This document shows positions 9,060 to 21,634 of a stretch of DNA of 64,000 nt, in pieces. Each line of letters begins with the position of its first letter. Within the stretch, counting starts at the first letter, position 1. Made by a program: the position numbers and the translations under genes. Location of the stretch: positions 1 through 64,000 of IMG/VR virus record IMGVR_UViG_3300021197_001635. The stretch is one strand, 5' to 3'. The DNA comes from a virus. The notes below the pieces were generated by a model. It saw only the letters and a list, made by a program, of their open reading frames with translations. It did not search any database and was not told the origin of the DNA.

Positions 9060-12000
9060 ATGTCATCCCTATCATATAACGAAGGCCTATTTAATGTTAC
9101 CCCTTATTACGACGATTTTAATAAGAGTAACAATTATCTAAAGGCACTCTTTAGGCCTGGAAGAGCAGTTCAGGCTAGAGAACTCACACAGATTCAAACA
9201 ATTCTGCAGAGTCAAATTGAAAGCTTCGGCGATCATGTATTTGAAAATGGCGCTGTAATATTGGGTGGAGGAATATCTGAATCTATTATCAGCTTTGCCA
9301 GATTAGACACTGATGCATCTGTATCCTCAGACAATCTTCAGACTCTAGTGGGTCAGAAAATACACAATGCCGACAGTGGAGTAATCGGCAGGATATATCA
9401 TGTTCAAGCGGGTTCTACACTATCTTCAGACCCCAACCAGATAGTTTTCTTTCAATATTTGACCCAAGGGACATTTAATGCTGGAACCGAATTGGGGACC
9501 ACAGGCTCTGGAAACACTGGTATTACCTTTAATATAGCGACCGCCTCGGCTGATGTACCATCTATCTCCAACGATGCTACATTGATAACAGTTGATGATG
9601 GACTATTTTACGTCGATGGATATTTTGTAGAAAACACTAAACAGCGAATAGTTCCCCACGACTTCTCTGGCAACTACAGGGTGTTCAGCAACCCCACTTC
9701 CTCCATTGGTTGGGGTGTGTCAAGAAACGTGGTAACCTCTCAAACTGATACCACTCTTCTGGATCCAGCTGGTGGTTTTAACAATTACAATGCTCCAGGC
9801 TCAGACAGGTATCAAATTGATCTAAACCTCAAGCAAATTCCTTTCTCGGCTACCATTGGGGATGCGGCTGGTCTTACATTTGATACTTCCAACTATGTTG
9901 AATTGCTTAGAATGGTGGGAGGGAGCATCACAAAGAAAGTCAGATACACTGATTATGCAGAGTTGGAGGAGACCCTTGCCAGACGAACCTTCGATGAGTC
10001 TGGGAACTACACGGTGGACACACCATCTATCAGACTTCTTGATCATGGGGACATATTCTCTCCAGCAGATGATACTAAGTTCGCTATTGGTTTGGAGTCT
10101 AATAAGTCCTATGTGGGAGGATATGAGGTAGATACCCAAAGCACTGCTTTCTTAGCATTGGATAAACCCAGAGACACTGCCAAAACCAGTTTTGAAGAGA
10201 TAGACACCAATTTCGGTAACTACGTCTTGGTAGACGAGACCGATATAGGTAACTTCGGGAATGGGGTTGTTGGACCAGCTGGTGCTTCTGGATACAGTCT
10301 ATTAACTAACCAGCAGAAAATGACACTGTTTTCCAACGACAATACACCCATTGGTTCCACCAATATACGCACTATCAAAAGAGGTCTTGTAGAACAAGAA
10401 TTAAGGGCATATCTGTTTAATACTGCAATGTCTGGAGACTTTAAATTCTCTCAGACCAGATATGCGGTCACCGAAGGTCGTGGTAGTACCGCTACTGGTG
10501 AGGTATGGTTTGGTCTTAAAGCAGATGCTCAGGGCTTCACTGGTCCATTCCAGGCTGGTGCTAGATCATTGATGATACCTACTATCGGATCCAAGGTAGT
10601 AGATCCTACGGGGTTTCATGATCCAGATGCTGGGGTGGAATCCACCTTCGTAGTACAAAAAGAAGAAGGTATCCACATTCCTCTGCAAACTGGGAGTTCA
10701 GGTCAAACTGGATCTATTGATATATCCAATCATGATATATTGAGCCTCACTGACTCCCAGTTTTTGGTCGTCTATGGTGTCACCGCTGACGAACCAGCAC
10801 AGTTGCTGAGTTCTTCCGACTATAATATTATAATAAACAATGTGGGTACTACCAACAAATTGGAGCTTAATATCTTGAACGATACGGTAGCACCTTCTGG
10901 TGGTGCTACTGCCACCGTGGTCTACCCAGTCAAGTATGCTTCTCAGACTTTAATTGATACTGCGGTAAACCCCTACAGAACCGTCGTACTTACCACTATA
11001 TCTTCACAACCAGTGTCTAGGAGCGGTAATAGAACTGTCGGTGGTGTTAATTATGCAGTCTTCCCCCTAACCAACCCTCATATTAGACAACTGGACTCAG
11101 TGTTAACTGCGGTGACAAATACCGAAATCAATATCACCAACGACACAATACTTGATACTGGTGATAGACAGTCTTGTATCCTCAATGGTGAAATACTAGT
11201 AAGACAATCTTCATTGAGTGCTGCTGATGAACCAGATTCAGACAGTGCCACAATAAATGTAAGTTATAAACACTTCGTTCATTCAGGAATCGGCCCAGTT
11301 ACGGTAGACTCTTATATCGATGCGGGTCTGTCATACGATCTGTTACCAACATTCGTAGATCCAGAGAGCGGTAAGTTCTTTGATTCAAGATCTCATGTCG
11401 ATTTTAGACCAGTCCAGAATACCGATGGGAAGACATTCACAGAATTCGGGGTTCCTTTCCATAATCTGATAGAATCTACCATTGTAAATTATTCCTACTT
11501 CCTGCCTAGGATTGACAAGGTATCTTTATGTAGAGATAGAACATATAGGATCTCCAAGGGCATTAGTTCTATTAACCCCGAGGCTCCTCAGACCACAGAA
11601 TATGATATGGACCTCTACTATATTATCATGAAGCCTTATACCTTCGATGTCAATAAGGATGTCAAGGTCAAATACATTGATAATAGAAGATTTACTATGA
11701 GGCAGATTGGAGAGATAGAAGAAAGGGTAGAGAGGGTAGAAATAGACAAATATCTAGAGACTCTGCAGAACGATGCAATCGCCAGAGCTTCTGGAGACAG
11801 CCTATTCACAGGGATATCTACTGCACCAGTAGAAGAAGGCGTGTTTGTTGACGATTTCAGTGGTCACGCGTTCGGAGATGTCACCCTGAGGGATTACAAC
11901 TGCTCGATGGACACCTCTAGAAGAGGTCTAAGACCCCCATATATCTCCCACTCCATAAGACTCAACAATGATTCACCTTCTGGTCTAAACATATCTGATG

Positions 12001-14096
12001 ATGGTATTATCACCTACTCTTTCATAGAGACAGCAGCATACAACGACCAAACCCCCACTGGCAAGTTAAAGGCTACTGGGATAATGCAGGTCAATCCATT
12101 CGGTGCTACCGACTTCTTAGGATTCTTGAAGGCAACTCCAGAATCAGATACATTCTATGATACCTCAATTAATCCCAGAGTGCTGGTTAATGCGATCGGC
12201 GAGAACAATATATGGGAGATCAAGGACACCGCTTATCAAGAAGGACGGTCTTTCGGTCATGGGGCAGTCTATCAGGGGTGGGTCCAGCACTGGATAGGAC
12301 AGGAAGAAGTAGACAGTAAACTTCAGAACGTGAACCCAGATTCCAGATCTTATCAGAACCCTCTTCGGACGGTGAGATCTAAGATGCCTGGAAGGATCAC
12401 TGAGGTTATAAACGATAGGACCGTAGACAAGAGTATTGTACATTACATGAGAGGTGTGGGTATCACATTCTCTGCGGATGGGATGCTACCTGGCTCTACC
12501 GTTTATGCATTCTTCGATGGACAATCGGTGGGAGAGTCAGACGGGTATTCGGTAGATAATAACGGCAATATGTCTGATAATCACATAGTACTAAACGGCT
12601 CCACCTATCTTACTGGTCCGAAACTGCTAAGAATAACCGACAGTCAAACAGACACTCTTGCTGAGACCAAAACCGCCGCTGATTTCACCTTCCACTCAAG
12701 TGGTCTACTTAATGGCAGGAACTTGACTGTTACTGCCCCGAGACCTCCGCAGACTAGGAGGAAATCGGTAACCAGCCCAGGCATCATTTCTGATTATTAT
12801 GAGCAGAATCTTGACGATAACTACGAAGAGATAGTCAACGGGTTAGAACCTTTGGCACAGGAGATAGATGTAAGTCCTGGAGTGTTCCCATTAGGAGTAT
12901 TCTTGAGATCAGTACAGTTCTGGTTCAAGAAAACTGATGATGAGTTACCAGTGACCGTTCAGATCAGACCGATGGTTAACGGATCACCACATCCTTCCGT
13001 CGTGGTCCCCTTCTCAACCACAACAGTGGTTCCCACAGTGACCAACAATGGTCCAAACCTGAGCGGACCCACTACCTTCCAGTTCTCATCTCCAGTGTTC
13101 CTTGCGCCTGGTAAGTACGCAATATGTTTGATTAGTAACAGCTCTGATCATGAAATATTCCGTTCAGTGGTGGGCGAAGGAATATTGGATATTACTGGTA
13201 ATATAGACACTACTGAACCTCCCTATACCCTAAATAATAGTGGGTTAGGCATCAAGATGGGAAGTCTATACCTACCATTGAACAACGGCAGTAGGGTTAG
13301 AAGACCTAACGAAGTATTATGCATGGCTATAGATAGGTGCAGTTTCTTTGGTGCTAGCGGTGGTGCAGAATCCAGAACTGTTAGATTCAAACCAGATACA
13401 ACACTAGACTCTGATAAAGAAGGTCAGATCATCAACTTCACCTGCAATGACCAGTTGTTCACCTCCCAGATTATTAAACCTTCGTTCAGCTTTGCCGCTG
13501 GTGCTGCTGGTATCAGAACAAATGTTCAGCCCAATAAGGACATTGATCTAGACCAAAGACTAAGATTGACAGGCAGTCCAGACTTGGCATTGGATATAGA
13601 ATTCGACTCTTCTGGTTCTAACCAAGTATCTCCAGTGATTGATGTGGAGAGGGTCAGTGCAATTCTTTCAGATAGAATATCCTCTACGGGAGATGCTACT
13701 GGCGAGACTCAACCAGACTCTGCAGGTGCTCCAGCAAAATCATCCAGATATGTCTCCAAGATAATAGGACTGGAAAATAAGGTAGCGGATGATGCTAGGG
13801 TCTACCTCAAGGTTGGACCAAACGGAGGGAATGTACAGGTATTCATAAAGACGGACAGTGTTCTATCTAATTTCGACCAGAACAATTTCGTCCAGTTATA
13901 TAGAGATGGAGTAGCAGATCCCAATCTGGTAAGTCCATCTACCGAGACGATGACATTCGCTCCTGCTGCTGGCACTACCCTAGGTGAATTCACCAGATAT
14001 AGCATCAAGATTGTAATACAGGTAGATAGGGACCTTCCTGAAGATAGAGTACCAATCATACAAGATTTGAGATCAGTACCCCTTAAGAGGTCATAA
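9060..14096 (+). CDS. Large baseplate/tail structural protein (VrlC-like, DUF4815 family)
   Basis: FNVTPYYDDF, LFRPGRAVQARELTQIQTILQSQI, APGSDRYQI, LARRTFDESGNY, NRRFTMRQIG, PLAQEI; 1678 aa; follows gp8 as in marine T4-like phages. Confidence 0.82.
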   Translation: MSSLSYNEGLFNVTPYYDDFNKSNNYLKALFRPGRAVQARELTQIQTILQSQIESFGDHVFENGAVILGGGISESIISFARLDTDASVSSDNLQTLVGQKIHNADSGVIGRIYHVQAGSTLSSDPNQIVFFQYLTQGTFNAGTELGTTGSGNTGITFNIATASADVPSISNDATLITVDDGLFYVDGYFVENTKQRIVPHDFSGNYRVFSNPTSSIGWGVSRNVVTSQTDTTLLDPAGGFNNYNAPGSDRYQIDLNLKQIPFSATIGDAAGLTFDTSNYVELLRMVGGSITKKVRYTDYAELEETLARRTFDESGNYTVDTPSIRLLDHGDIFSPADDTKFAIGLESNKSYVGGYEVDTQSTAFLALDKPRDTAKTSFEEIDTNFGNYVLVDETDIGNFGNGVVGPAGASGYSLLTNQQKMTLFSNDNTPIGSTNIRTIKRGLVEQELRAYLFNTAMSGDFKFSQTRYAVTEGRGSTATGEVWFGLKADAQGFTGPFQAGARSLMIPTIGSKVVDPTGFHDPDAGVESTFVVQKEEGIHIPLQTGSSGQTGSIDISNHDILSLTDSQFLVVYGVTADEPAQLLSSSDYNIIINNVGTTNKLELNILNDTVAPSGGATATVVYPVKYASQTLIDTAVNPYRTVVLTTISSQPVSRSGNRTVGGVNYAVFPLTNPHIRQLDSVLTAVTNTEINITNDTILDTGDRQSCILNGEILVRQSSLSAADEPDSDSATINVSYKHFVHSGIGPVTVDSYIDAGLSYDLLPTFVDPESGKFFDSRSHVDFRPVQNTDGKTFTEFGVPFHNLIESTIVNYSYFLPRIDKVSLCRDRTYRISKGISSINPEAPQTTEYDMDLYYIIMKPYTFDVNKDVKVKYIDNRRFTMRQIGEIEERVERVEIDKYLETLQNDAIARASGDSLFTGISTAPVEEGVFVDDFSGHAFGDVTLRDYNCSMDTSRRGLRPPYISHSIRLNNDSPSGLNISDDGIITYSFIETAAYNDQTPTGKLKATGIMQVNPFGATDFLGFLKATPESDTFYDTSINPRVLVNAIGENNIWEIKDTAYQEGRSFGHGAVYQGWVQHWIGQEEVDSKLQNVNPDSRSYQNPLRTVRSKMPGRITEVINDRTVDKSIVHYMRGVGITFSADGMLPGSTVYAFFDGQSVGESDGYSVDNNGNMSDNHIVLNGSTYLTGPKLLRITDSQTDTLAETKTAADFTFHSSGLLNGRNLTVTAPRPPQTRRKSVTSPGIISDYYEQNLDDNYEEIVNGLEPLAQEIDVSPGVFPLGVFLRSVQFWFKKTDDELPVTVQIRPMVNGSPHPSVVVPFSTTTVVPTVTNNGPNLSGPTTFQFSSPVFLAPGKYAICLISNSSDHEIFRSVVGEGILDITGNIDTTEPPYTLNNSGLGIKMGSLYLPLNNGSRVRRPNEVLCMAIDRCSFFGASGGAESRTVRFKPDTTLDSDKEGQIINFTCNDQLFTSQIIKPSFSFAAGAAGIRTNVQPNKDIDLDQRLRLTGSPDLALDIEFDSSGSNQVSPVIDVERVSAILSDRISSTGDATGETQPDSAGAPAKSSRYVSKIIGLENKVADDARVYLKVGPNGGNVQVFIKTDSVLSNFDQNNFVQLYRDGVADPNLVSPSTETMTFAPAAGTTLGEFTRYSIKIVIQVDRDLPEDRVPIIQDLRSVPLKRS

Positions 14097-14126
14097 ATAG
14101 AAGTAGATATCAGAGGAAACCAATAA

Positions 14127-15281
14127 ATGGCATCTAGCACAACACCACCCAAAGACGATCCGATTTCAAGTCTTTTCCTATCGGACACTTTCTATACTTG
14201 GTTCACCAAGACAGATACCTTAATCGATAAGGTGAACCCTATTGAGGTCTACAGTATAACGGCAGATCTAGTAGCTGGTAGAGATGGTGTTACTATTGGT
14301 AGGGATGGTAATGGTAATCACACTATTGGATACATCCTACCCGCTACCATTCCCAATGATCACCTTTTCACAGGTGACATTGTATTTACTGGTGCGGTAA
14401 CTGGCAATATAGTAAACCAATATAACGGCATTACTGGAAACGTCATTGGTGTCTCCTCTATCAGCGGAACTGGTCCCATAGGTAATAGCGGTCTGGTTAC
14501 TGGTGTCATACTACAAATTAATGGAGTCACTGGAACATCATTTGGCCATATGACCCTAGATGGCAAAGACATTCCTGACACAGTTGGCAGTTTATCTGGA
14601 CCTGCTGGTTATATTTTAAATGCTGCTGGTGGCACTGGATTCACCTATGCTGCAGCATTCTTTACTACGGGAGTAACTGGACCACAAATTGGAATGAGAG
14701 TGGATCCAGTAAATAATCAGGTAGCAATTGCCACTGCTACCATAGACTCTGACGGCAAAAAGCTTAGAATTGACGGCGGTAAGTCTGGGGGCATACTCCT
14801 TAATAAATCAGACTCAGCTGAGTCTGATATTCGCTTCGCCGACAATGCATTGATGACTTCAAACAGCACATTCGAATTTAGAGCGGATACCAATGCTGCC
14901 AACAGCGGTTCTGGATCTGGAGTTCCTAGCGGTCCCCACTTTACTTTCAGTAGAGACGGGAGTACCACGGTATTGACTGTAAATGAAAATGGCAAGTTGA
15001 TAGCGGCTGGTAATAACAACTCCTTCTTAGATATGGGTGCTGGAGGCGGCATAGGTGTTGCATCAGGTAGTATCCTATTCAAGTCTAATGGATCTTTGAA
15101 ATTCGGAGTTAATTCCAACGGTGCATTGCTTGCTGGTGGTACAGATACAGGTGATGCAGACCAGACTTTAATCTCTCAAGGTTCGAGTGTTTCTAAATGG
15201 TCAACCAGATTCTATATTAGGAATGATGAACCTACTGCCTCTGATCCTGGAGATAATGGCGCAGTTTGGTATCAGGTATAA
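14127..15281 (+). CDS. Tail fibre protein
   Basis: N-terminal LSDTFYTWFTKTD..N baseplate-anchor-like motif, Gly/Thr-rich beta repeats, C-terminal EPTASDPGDNGAVWYQV; CATAAATA at 14092. Confidence 0.6.
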   Translation: MASSTTPPKDDPISSLFLSDTFYTWFTKTDTLIDKVNPIEVYSITADLVAGRDGVTIGRDGNGNHTIGYILPATIPNDHLFTGDIVFTGAVTGNIVNQYNGITGNVIGVSSISGTGPIGNSGLVTGVILQINGVTGTSFGHMTLDGKDIPDTVGSLSGPAGYILNAAGGTGFTYAAAFFTTGVTGPQIGMRVDPVNNQVAIATATIDSDGKKLRIDGGKSGGILLNKSDSAESDIRFADNALMTSNSTFEFRADTNAANSGSGSGVPSGPHFTFSRDGSTTVLTVNENGKLIAAGNNNSFLDMGAGGGIGVASGSILFKSNGSLKFGVNSNGALLAGGTDTGDADQTLISQGSSVSKWSTRFYIRNDEPTASDPGDNGAVWYQV

Positions 15282-15299
15282 TACAATGGGGAATAAACG

Positions 15300-16442
15300 A
15301 TGCCTATAGACAGGAGCGGTGCACCACCCTTATCTAACTATGTCCAGTTTGGTGCTGATGGTTATATCCGAAATGGATCCGCCTGGTCACAAATCCAAAA
15401 TGCCTCTGTCAGAGATGGCAGTGCATGGAAACAAGTTGTCAAATCTTGGGTGAAAGATGGAAACCAATGGAAACTATGGTTCGACCCCATGTGGGCATTG
15501 AGCTGTTATAATGACAGTGGTCAGAGCGGCAACAACGGAACAAGGGCATTCTATTTACCCAATAGAAGCGGTACGATATACTGTTCAGTATGGGGTGCTG
15601 GTGGATTTACCAACTATACCAACGAGGGTGAGAGGACTGGAAGAGGAGGCTACTCACAACTAACTGCCACGGTTGGTGGTAGTTCTAATTTACAGCCTGG
15701 AACACTATTGCATATAGTGGTCGGACAACACGGTCTGGTTAGTAACTCTGGATCTGGTTCAGATGGTTCTGGTTCTGGTTCGTGGACTTTTGGTGGAGGT
15801 GGGTCTCACCTGAGTGGTAGTGGGCCAGGTGGGGGTTGCTCTGGGATATTTGTCAGTTCCAGCACTTTAACCCCAGGCTCAAAGGCATGGCCTCTATATG
15901 GCAACTGCACACTGACTGGTTTTCCAGGCGGTAGTCCTAACCCTGCTGCGATGTTTGGAAGTGCACTAGTAGTCGCTGGTGGTGGAGGTGGTGTGGACAG
16001 ATGGGCTATCACCAAAAAAAATGCTTTTGGTGGTGACGGTGGAGGGATTTATGGGTCTGCTGGATCTGCCAACTCCTGTGTAGGAAGTGGGGGTAGTCAG
16101 TTCCAAGGTGGTCTTGGTGCGTGCGATAGTTCTCGTTCAGGACGGTGTTGGAACGGCGGACCTCAAAAGAGAGAGAACGATAATTTTTGGGCTGGTCGAA
16201 TGGGTGGAGGAGGACTGTTTGGTGGAGGGTCTGGAGAGAGGGCTAGTGGTGGAGGATCAGGGTATGCTAGAACAAATGGTGGTGGTTGGTCGGGATTAAT
16301 ATCCAGTTTCACCTCGAACAATAGAAGTGGTGCCTATTTCGACACCAATTTAGGACACCCAGGCGGTTTCAATGCTGGATACCAAAACACCCATGGCTAT
16401 GTCCATATTAGAAACTTCCCATTCGGTCCGCTTCCATCTTGA
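15300..16442 (+). CDS. Glycine-rich adhesin/receptor-binding protein (gp38-like architecture)
   Basis: Trp-rich N-terminal repeats (RNGSAW, RDGSAWKQV, KDGNQWKLW) and many Gly-rich loops (WGAGG, LVVAGGGGG, GGGGLFGGGSG, GGGSGY). Confidence 0.6.
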   Translation: MPIDRSGAPPLSNYVQFGADGYIRNGSAWSQIQNASVRDGSAWKQVVKSWVKDGNQWKLWFDPMWALSCYNDSGQSGNNGTRAFYLPNRSGTIYCSVWGAGGFTNYTNEGERTGRGGYSQLTATVGGSSNLQPGTLLHIVVGQHGLVSNSGSGSDGSGSGSWTFGGGGSHLSGSGPGGGCSGIFVSSSTLTPGSKAWPLYGNCTLTGFPGGSPNPAAMFGSALVVAGGGGGVDRWAITKKNAFGGDGGGIYGSAGSANSCVGSGGSQFQGGLGACDSSRSGRCWNGGPQKRENDNFWAGRMGGGGLFGGGSGERASGGGSGYARTNGGGWSGLISSFTSNNRSGAYFDTNLGHPGGFNAGYQNTHGYVHIRNFPFGPLPS

Positions 16443-16454
16443 GTCGCGTATAGG

Positions 16455-16462
16455 TATAAATA
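16455..16462 (+). promoter_or_regulatory. T4-type late promoter
   Basis: Intergenic TATAAATA. Confidence 0.7.
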
Positions 16463-16496
16463 GTTGGTAATAATCCAAATATCAGGGAGATGACAG

Positions 16497-16886
16497 ATGG
16501 CAAACGAAGGATGTGCAGGCGGGATATCAGGATCAGCCGCTATAGATTGGGTTGAAAATTATGCTAGACCCTTAGCATGTGGCCTGATGTCTTTATATAA
16601 CGACTATGTTGTCCCAGCGACAACTATGTATCAATATCTCGACCCAGATAACACCTTTAACACTGGAGGGTGTAGTGCTGCAAATGTCCATGATGGTTTT
16701 TCTGGTGATTTATTGAAGAGGCTAGATGGTGAAGATGTTTATAACATACACCGTTCTTTCAACGATATACAGAATACTATCGGACTCTATTCTACCTACC
16801 TCCTAAAGGCGGCAGCATATAAGCAATTCAGTGATGGGGATATTAAGATCAAGACTGGAACTGGCGGCTGTGACTCCTGCTCATAA
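16497..16886 (+). CDS. Hypothetical late protein (Cys-containing)
   Basis: 129-aa ORF with GGGAG RBS downstream of a late promoter. Confidence 0.55.
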   Translation: MANEGCAGGISGSAAIDWVENYARPLACGLMSLYNDYVVPATTMYQYLDPDNTFNTGGCSAANVHDGFSGDLLKRLDGEDVYNIHRSFNDIQNTIGLYSTYLLKAAAYKQFSDGDIKIKTGTGGCDSCS

Positions 16887-16911
16887 TAAGGGAAAGGCGG
16901 ACTGGTGACAC

Positions 16912-17661
16912 ATGGCAAAACCATCTACCAGACAACAACTTAAAGACTATTCTCTCAAAAGATTGGGTCATCCAGTAATCCAGATTAATGTGGATGATGC
17001 CCAAATGGAAGATGCTATAGATGATGCATTGCAGTTTTTTGCAGAGTATCATTTTGATGGTGTAGAGACTGCTTATCTTAAACACCAAGTTACCCAAGAT
17101 GATATAGATAATGAATATCTCAGTATGGATAGTATAGATTCCAATGTGATATCTGTGATTAAGATGTTCCAAATAAGCACCCATTCTACGAATATGTTCG
17201 ATGTTTCCTATCAACTGGCATTAAATGATTTTTATGGCACTTTTACTACTGGCAGTCTGACCAATTATACTATAACGAAGCAGCATCTGGAAATGATCAG
17301 TGATATCCTAGATCCAGAGAAGAATGTAAGGTTCAGTAAGGTCACCAACAAACTATATGGTGATTTTAACTGGTCAGAAGATCTCAACGTGGGAGACTAT
17401 CTGATAATAGAGGCATATAGAATACTAGACCCAGAGACCTATCCAGAAATATACAACGACAGATTGTTGAAAAAATATGTAACCTCATTGGTCAAGAGGC
17501 AATGGGGTGCTAACTTATCAAAATTCGGTGGGGTTCAACTTCCAGGCGGAGTCGAGTTTAATGGGCAGAAGATACTCGACGAGGCTAGAGAAGAAATCGA
17601 TAAAATCGAGGAAGAGGTACAGGATAAGTTTGAACTGCCACCTGACTTCTCAGTAGGATAG
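16912..17661 (+). CDS. gp13: Neck protein gp13
   Basis: MAKPSTRQQLKDYSLKRLGHPVIQINVDDAQ, EYHFDG, KRQWGANLSKFGGVQLPGGV. Confidence 0.93.
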   Translation: MAKPSTRQQLKDYSLKRLGHPVIQINVDDAQMEDAIDDALQFFAEYHFDGVETAYLKHQVTQDDIDNEYLSMDSIDSNVISVIKMFQISTHSTNMFDVSYQLALNDFYGTFTTGSLTNYTITKQHLEMISDILDPEKNVRFSKVTNKLYGDFNWSEDLNVGDYLIIEAYRILDPETYPEIYNDRLLKKYVTSLVKRQWGANLSKFGGVQLPGGVEFNGQKILDEAREEIDKIEEEVQDKFELPPDFSVG

Positions 17662-17672
17662 GGGAGGTTTAG

Positions 17673-18554
17673 ATGGCAACCAATTCATATTTTAGACCTC
17701 AAAAGAACGAGCAGAATGCCATTGAAGACTTAGTAATTGAGTCTATCAAAATACATGGTCATGACTTCGTTTACATGCCCCGCACCATAGTCAAAGAAGA
17801 CCAGTTGTTCGGTGAAGATGTGCAGTCACAGTTCAGCAGCGGTGCTAGTATAGAAATGTATATCGAAGATGTGGAAGGCTTTCAAGGAGATGGAGATTTC
17901 TTGTCCAAATTCGGATTAGAAATCAGAGATTCTATCAAATTAACTGTATCTAAAAAGAGATTCGTCCAAGAGATAACTGCCATGGAGGGCACTGATCTCC
18001 AGTTCCCCAGAGAAGGAGATCTTGTCTATTTTCCTCTAACCAGAGGCATATTTGAGATCAAATTCGTAGAGCACGAAAATCCCTTCTATCAGCTCAATAA
18101 GAATCATGTATATACATTATCCTGCGAGTTGTTCCAGTACAGTCAAGAGGATATCAATACTGGATTCTCCGATATTGATAAATTCGAGGACGAGAGAAAA
18201 GATTTCTCATTCAATGTGGTAATGAATAGCGGATCTGGCAACTATCTTACGGGTGAGAAGGTATGGCAAGGTGGAAGCGGTTTATCTACATCGGTATTTA
18301 ATGCTAATGTAATAAGCTGGGTATCCTCTACCAAGACATTAGAGATAGCTGGTGTCACTGGGACCATGAATATAAGTCTGGGTCTTACAGGAAATGATTC
18401 TAATGTGTTCTATTCTATAGGAAGCACAGCCGATACATCAGTTCCTACCATCATACCACCAGATCCCTTCTCAGACAATAGAGATCTTCAGATAGAAGCG
18501 GATGATATCTTTGACTTCACCGATAAAGATCCATTTTCAGAGGGTAATATCTGA
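17673..18554 (+). CDS. gp14: Neck protein gp14
   Basis: ESIKIHGHDFVYMPR, SKFGLEIRD, PREGDLVYFP, FVEHENPFYQL, DFTDKDPFSE. Confidence 0.93.
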   Translation: MATNSYFRPQKNEQNAIEDLVIESIKIHGHDFVYMPRTIVKEDQLFGEDVQSQFSSGASIEMYIEDVEGFQGDGDFLSKFGLEIRDSIKLTVSKKRFVQEITAMEGTDLQFPREGDLVYFPLTRGIFEIKFVEHENPFYQLNKNHVYTLSCELFQYSQEDINTGFSDIDKFEDERKDFSFNVVMNSGSGNYLTGEKVWQGGSGLSTSVFNANVISWVSSTKTLEIAGVTGTMNISLGLTGNDSNVFYSIGSTADTSVPTIIPPDPFSDNRDLQIEADDIFDFTDKDPFSEGNI

Positions 18555-19410
18555 TGTTTGAAACATTTTACAATCAGGCTATCAGAAAATTGACTGTATC
18601 GTTCGGGTCCTTGTTTAATAACATATATGTACAAAGACTGGATGCCAATGGGGACGAGACAGAGAGGATAAGAGTGCCTCTAGGTTATGGTCCTAAGGAA
18701 AAATGGATAAGAAAATTAAGAGAATCCAATAGCCTTAAAGAAGACGGTACTGAAACTCAGATAGTATTACCTAGACTATCCTTCGAAATGTCCTCTATCA
18801 GTTATGATGGAAGCAGAAAAAAGAATACTATGCAAAAGCGTATAGCATCTCATACCACTGATGGGTCTAAAACGTTTAATAGTTTTGCCGAAGTACCATA
18901 TAATTTTCAGTTCAACGTCAGTGCTATGGTCAAGTTCATGGAAGACGGTTTATGCATTATGGAGCAGATTCTTCCCTTCTTCACCCCAGAGTTCACAATA
19001 TCAATAAATTACAGCACCTTGAATCAAAAGATAGACATTCCAGTGGTGCTAAGCTCTGTCGACATCAATGAAGAATACGAGGGTGATTTCGATTCTAGAA
19101 GAATGATTACCTTTGATATGGCATTTGATGCCAAAGGTTATATATTTGGACCTACTAAGACTAGTGGAGTTATCAACAAGGTGGTATCTACAATATGGGA
19201 ACCCTCGGATGGGTTCTACTTTGGTGGTATCACTAATAGTTCTCCTGGCTTGTCTGGAAGTACCGCTGCCATGTCTCGAATAGATGTTGGTGTAACTGGT
19301 CCTAGCGGTTCTTCATCTAGGGTAGGTGACTTCACTGGGTATACAGTCAAAAAGAGGATCAGAGGTTACACTGGAGATAATGGATTGAATATTGATGGGA
19401 GCACGTTAGC

Positions 19411-19414
<4 letters not shown>
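18554..19414 (+). CDS. gp15: Tail sheath stabiliser/terminator gp15
   Basis: FGSLFNNI, RVPLGYGPKEKW, LPRLSFEM, EQILPFFTPEF, YEGDFDSRR. Confidence 0.92.
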
Positions 19415-21532
<2,118 letters not shown>

Positions 21533-21545
21533 AAGATACTCAAGT

Positions 21546-21553
21546 TATAAATA
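21546..21553 (+). promoter_or_regulatory. T4-type late promoter (gp18)
   Basis: Intergenic TATAAATA. Confidence 0.75.
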
Positions 21554-21634
21554 CCACAGTAAATCAATATTAAAAGCCTTCCGCTTTAGAAAAAATATCT
21601 TCACGATTAAGAATTCAGCCCAAGGAGATTTCGT

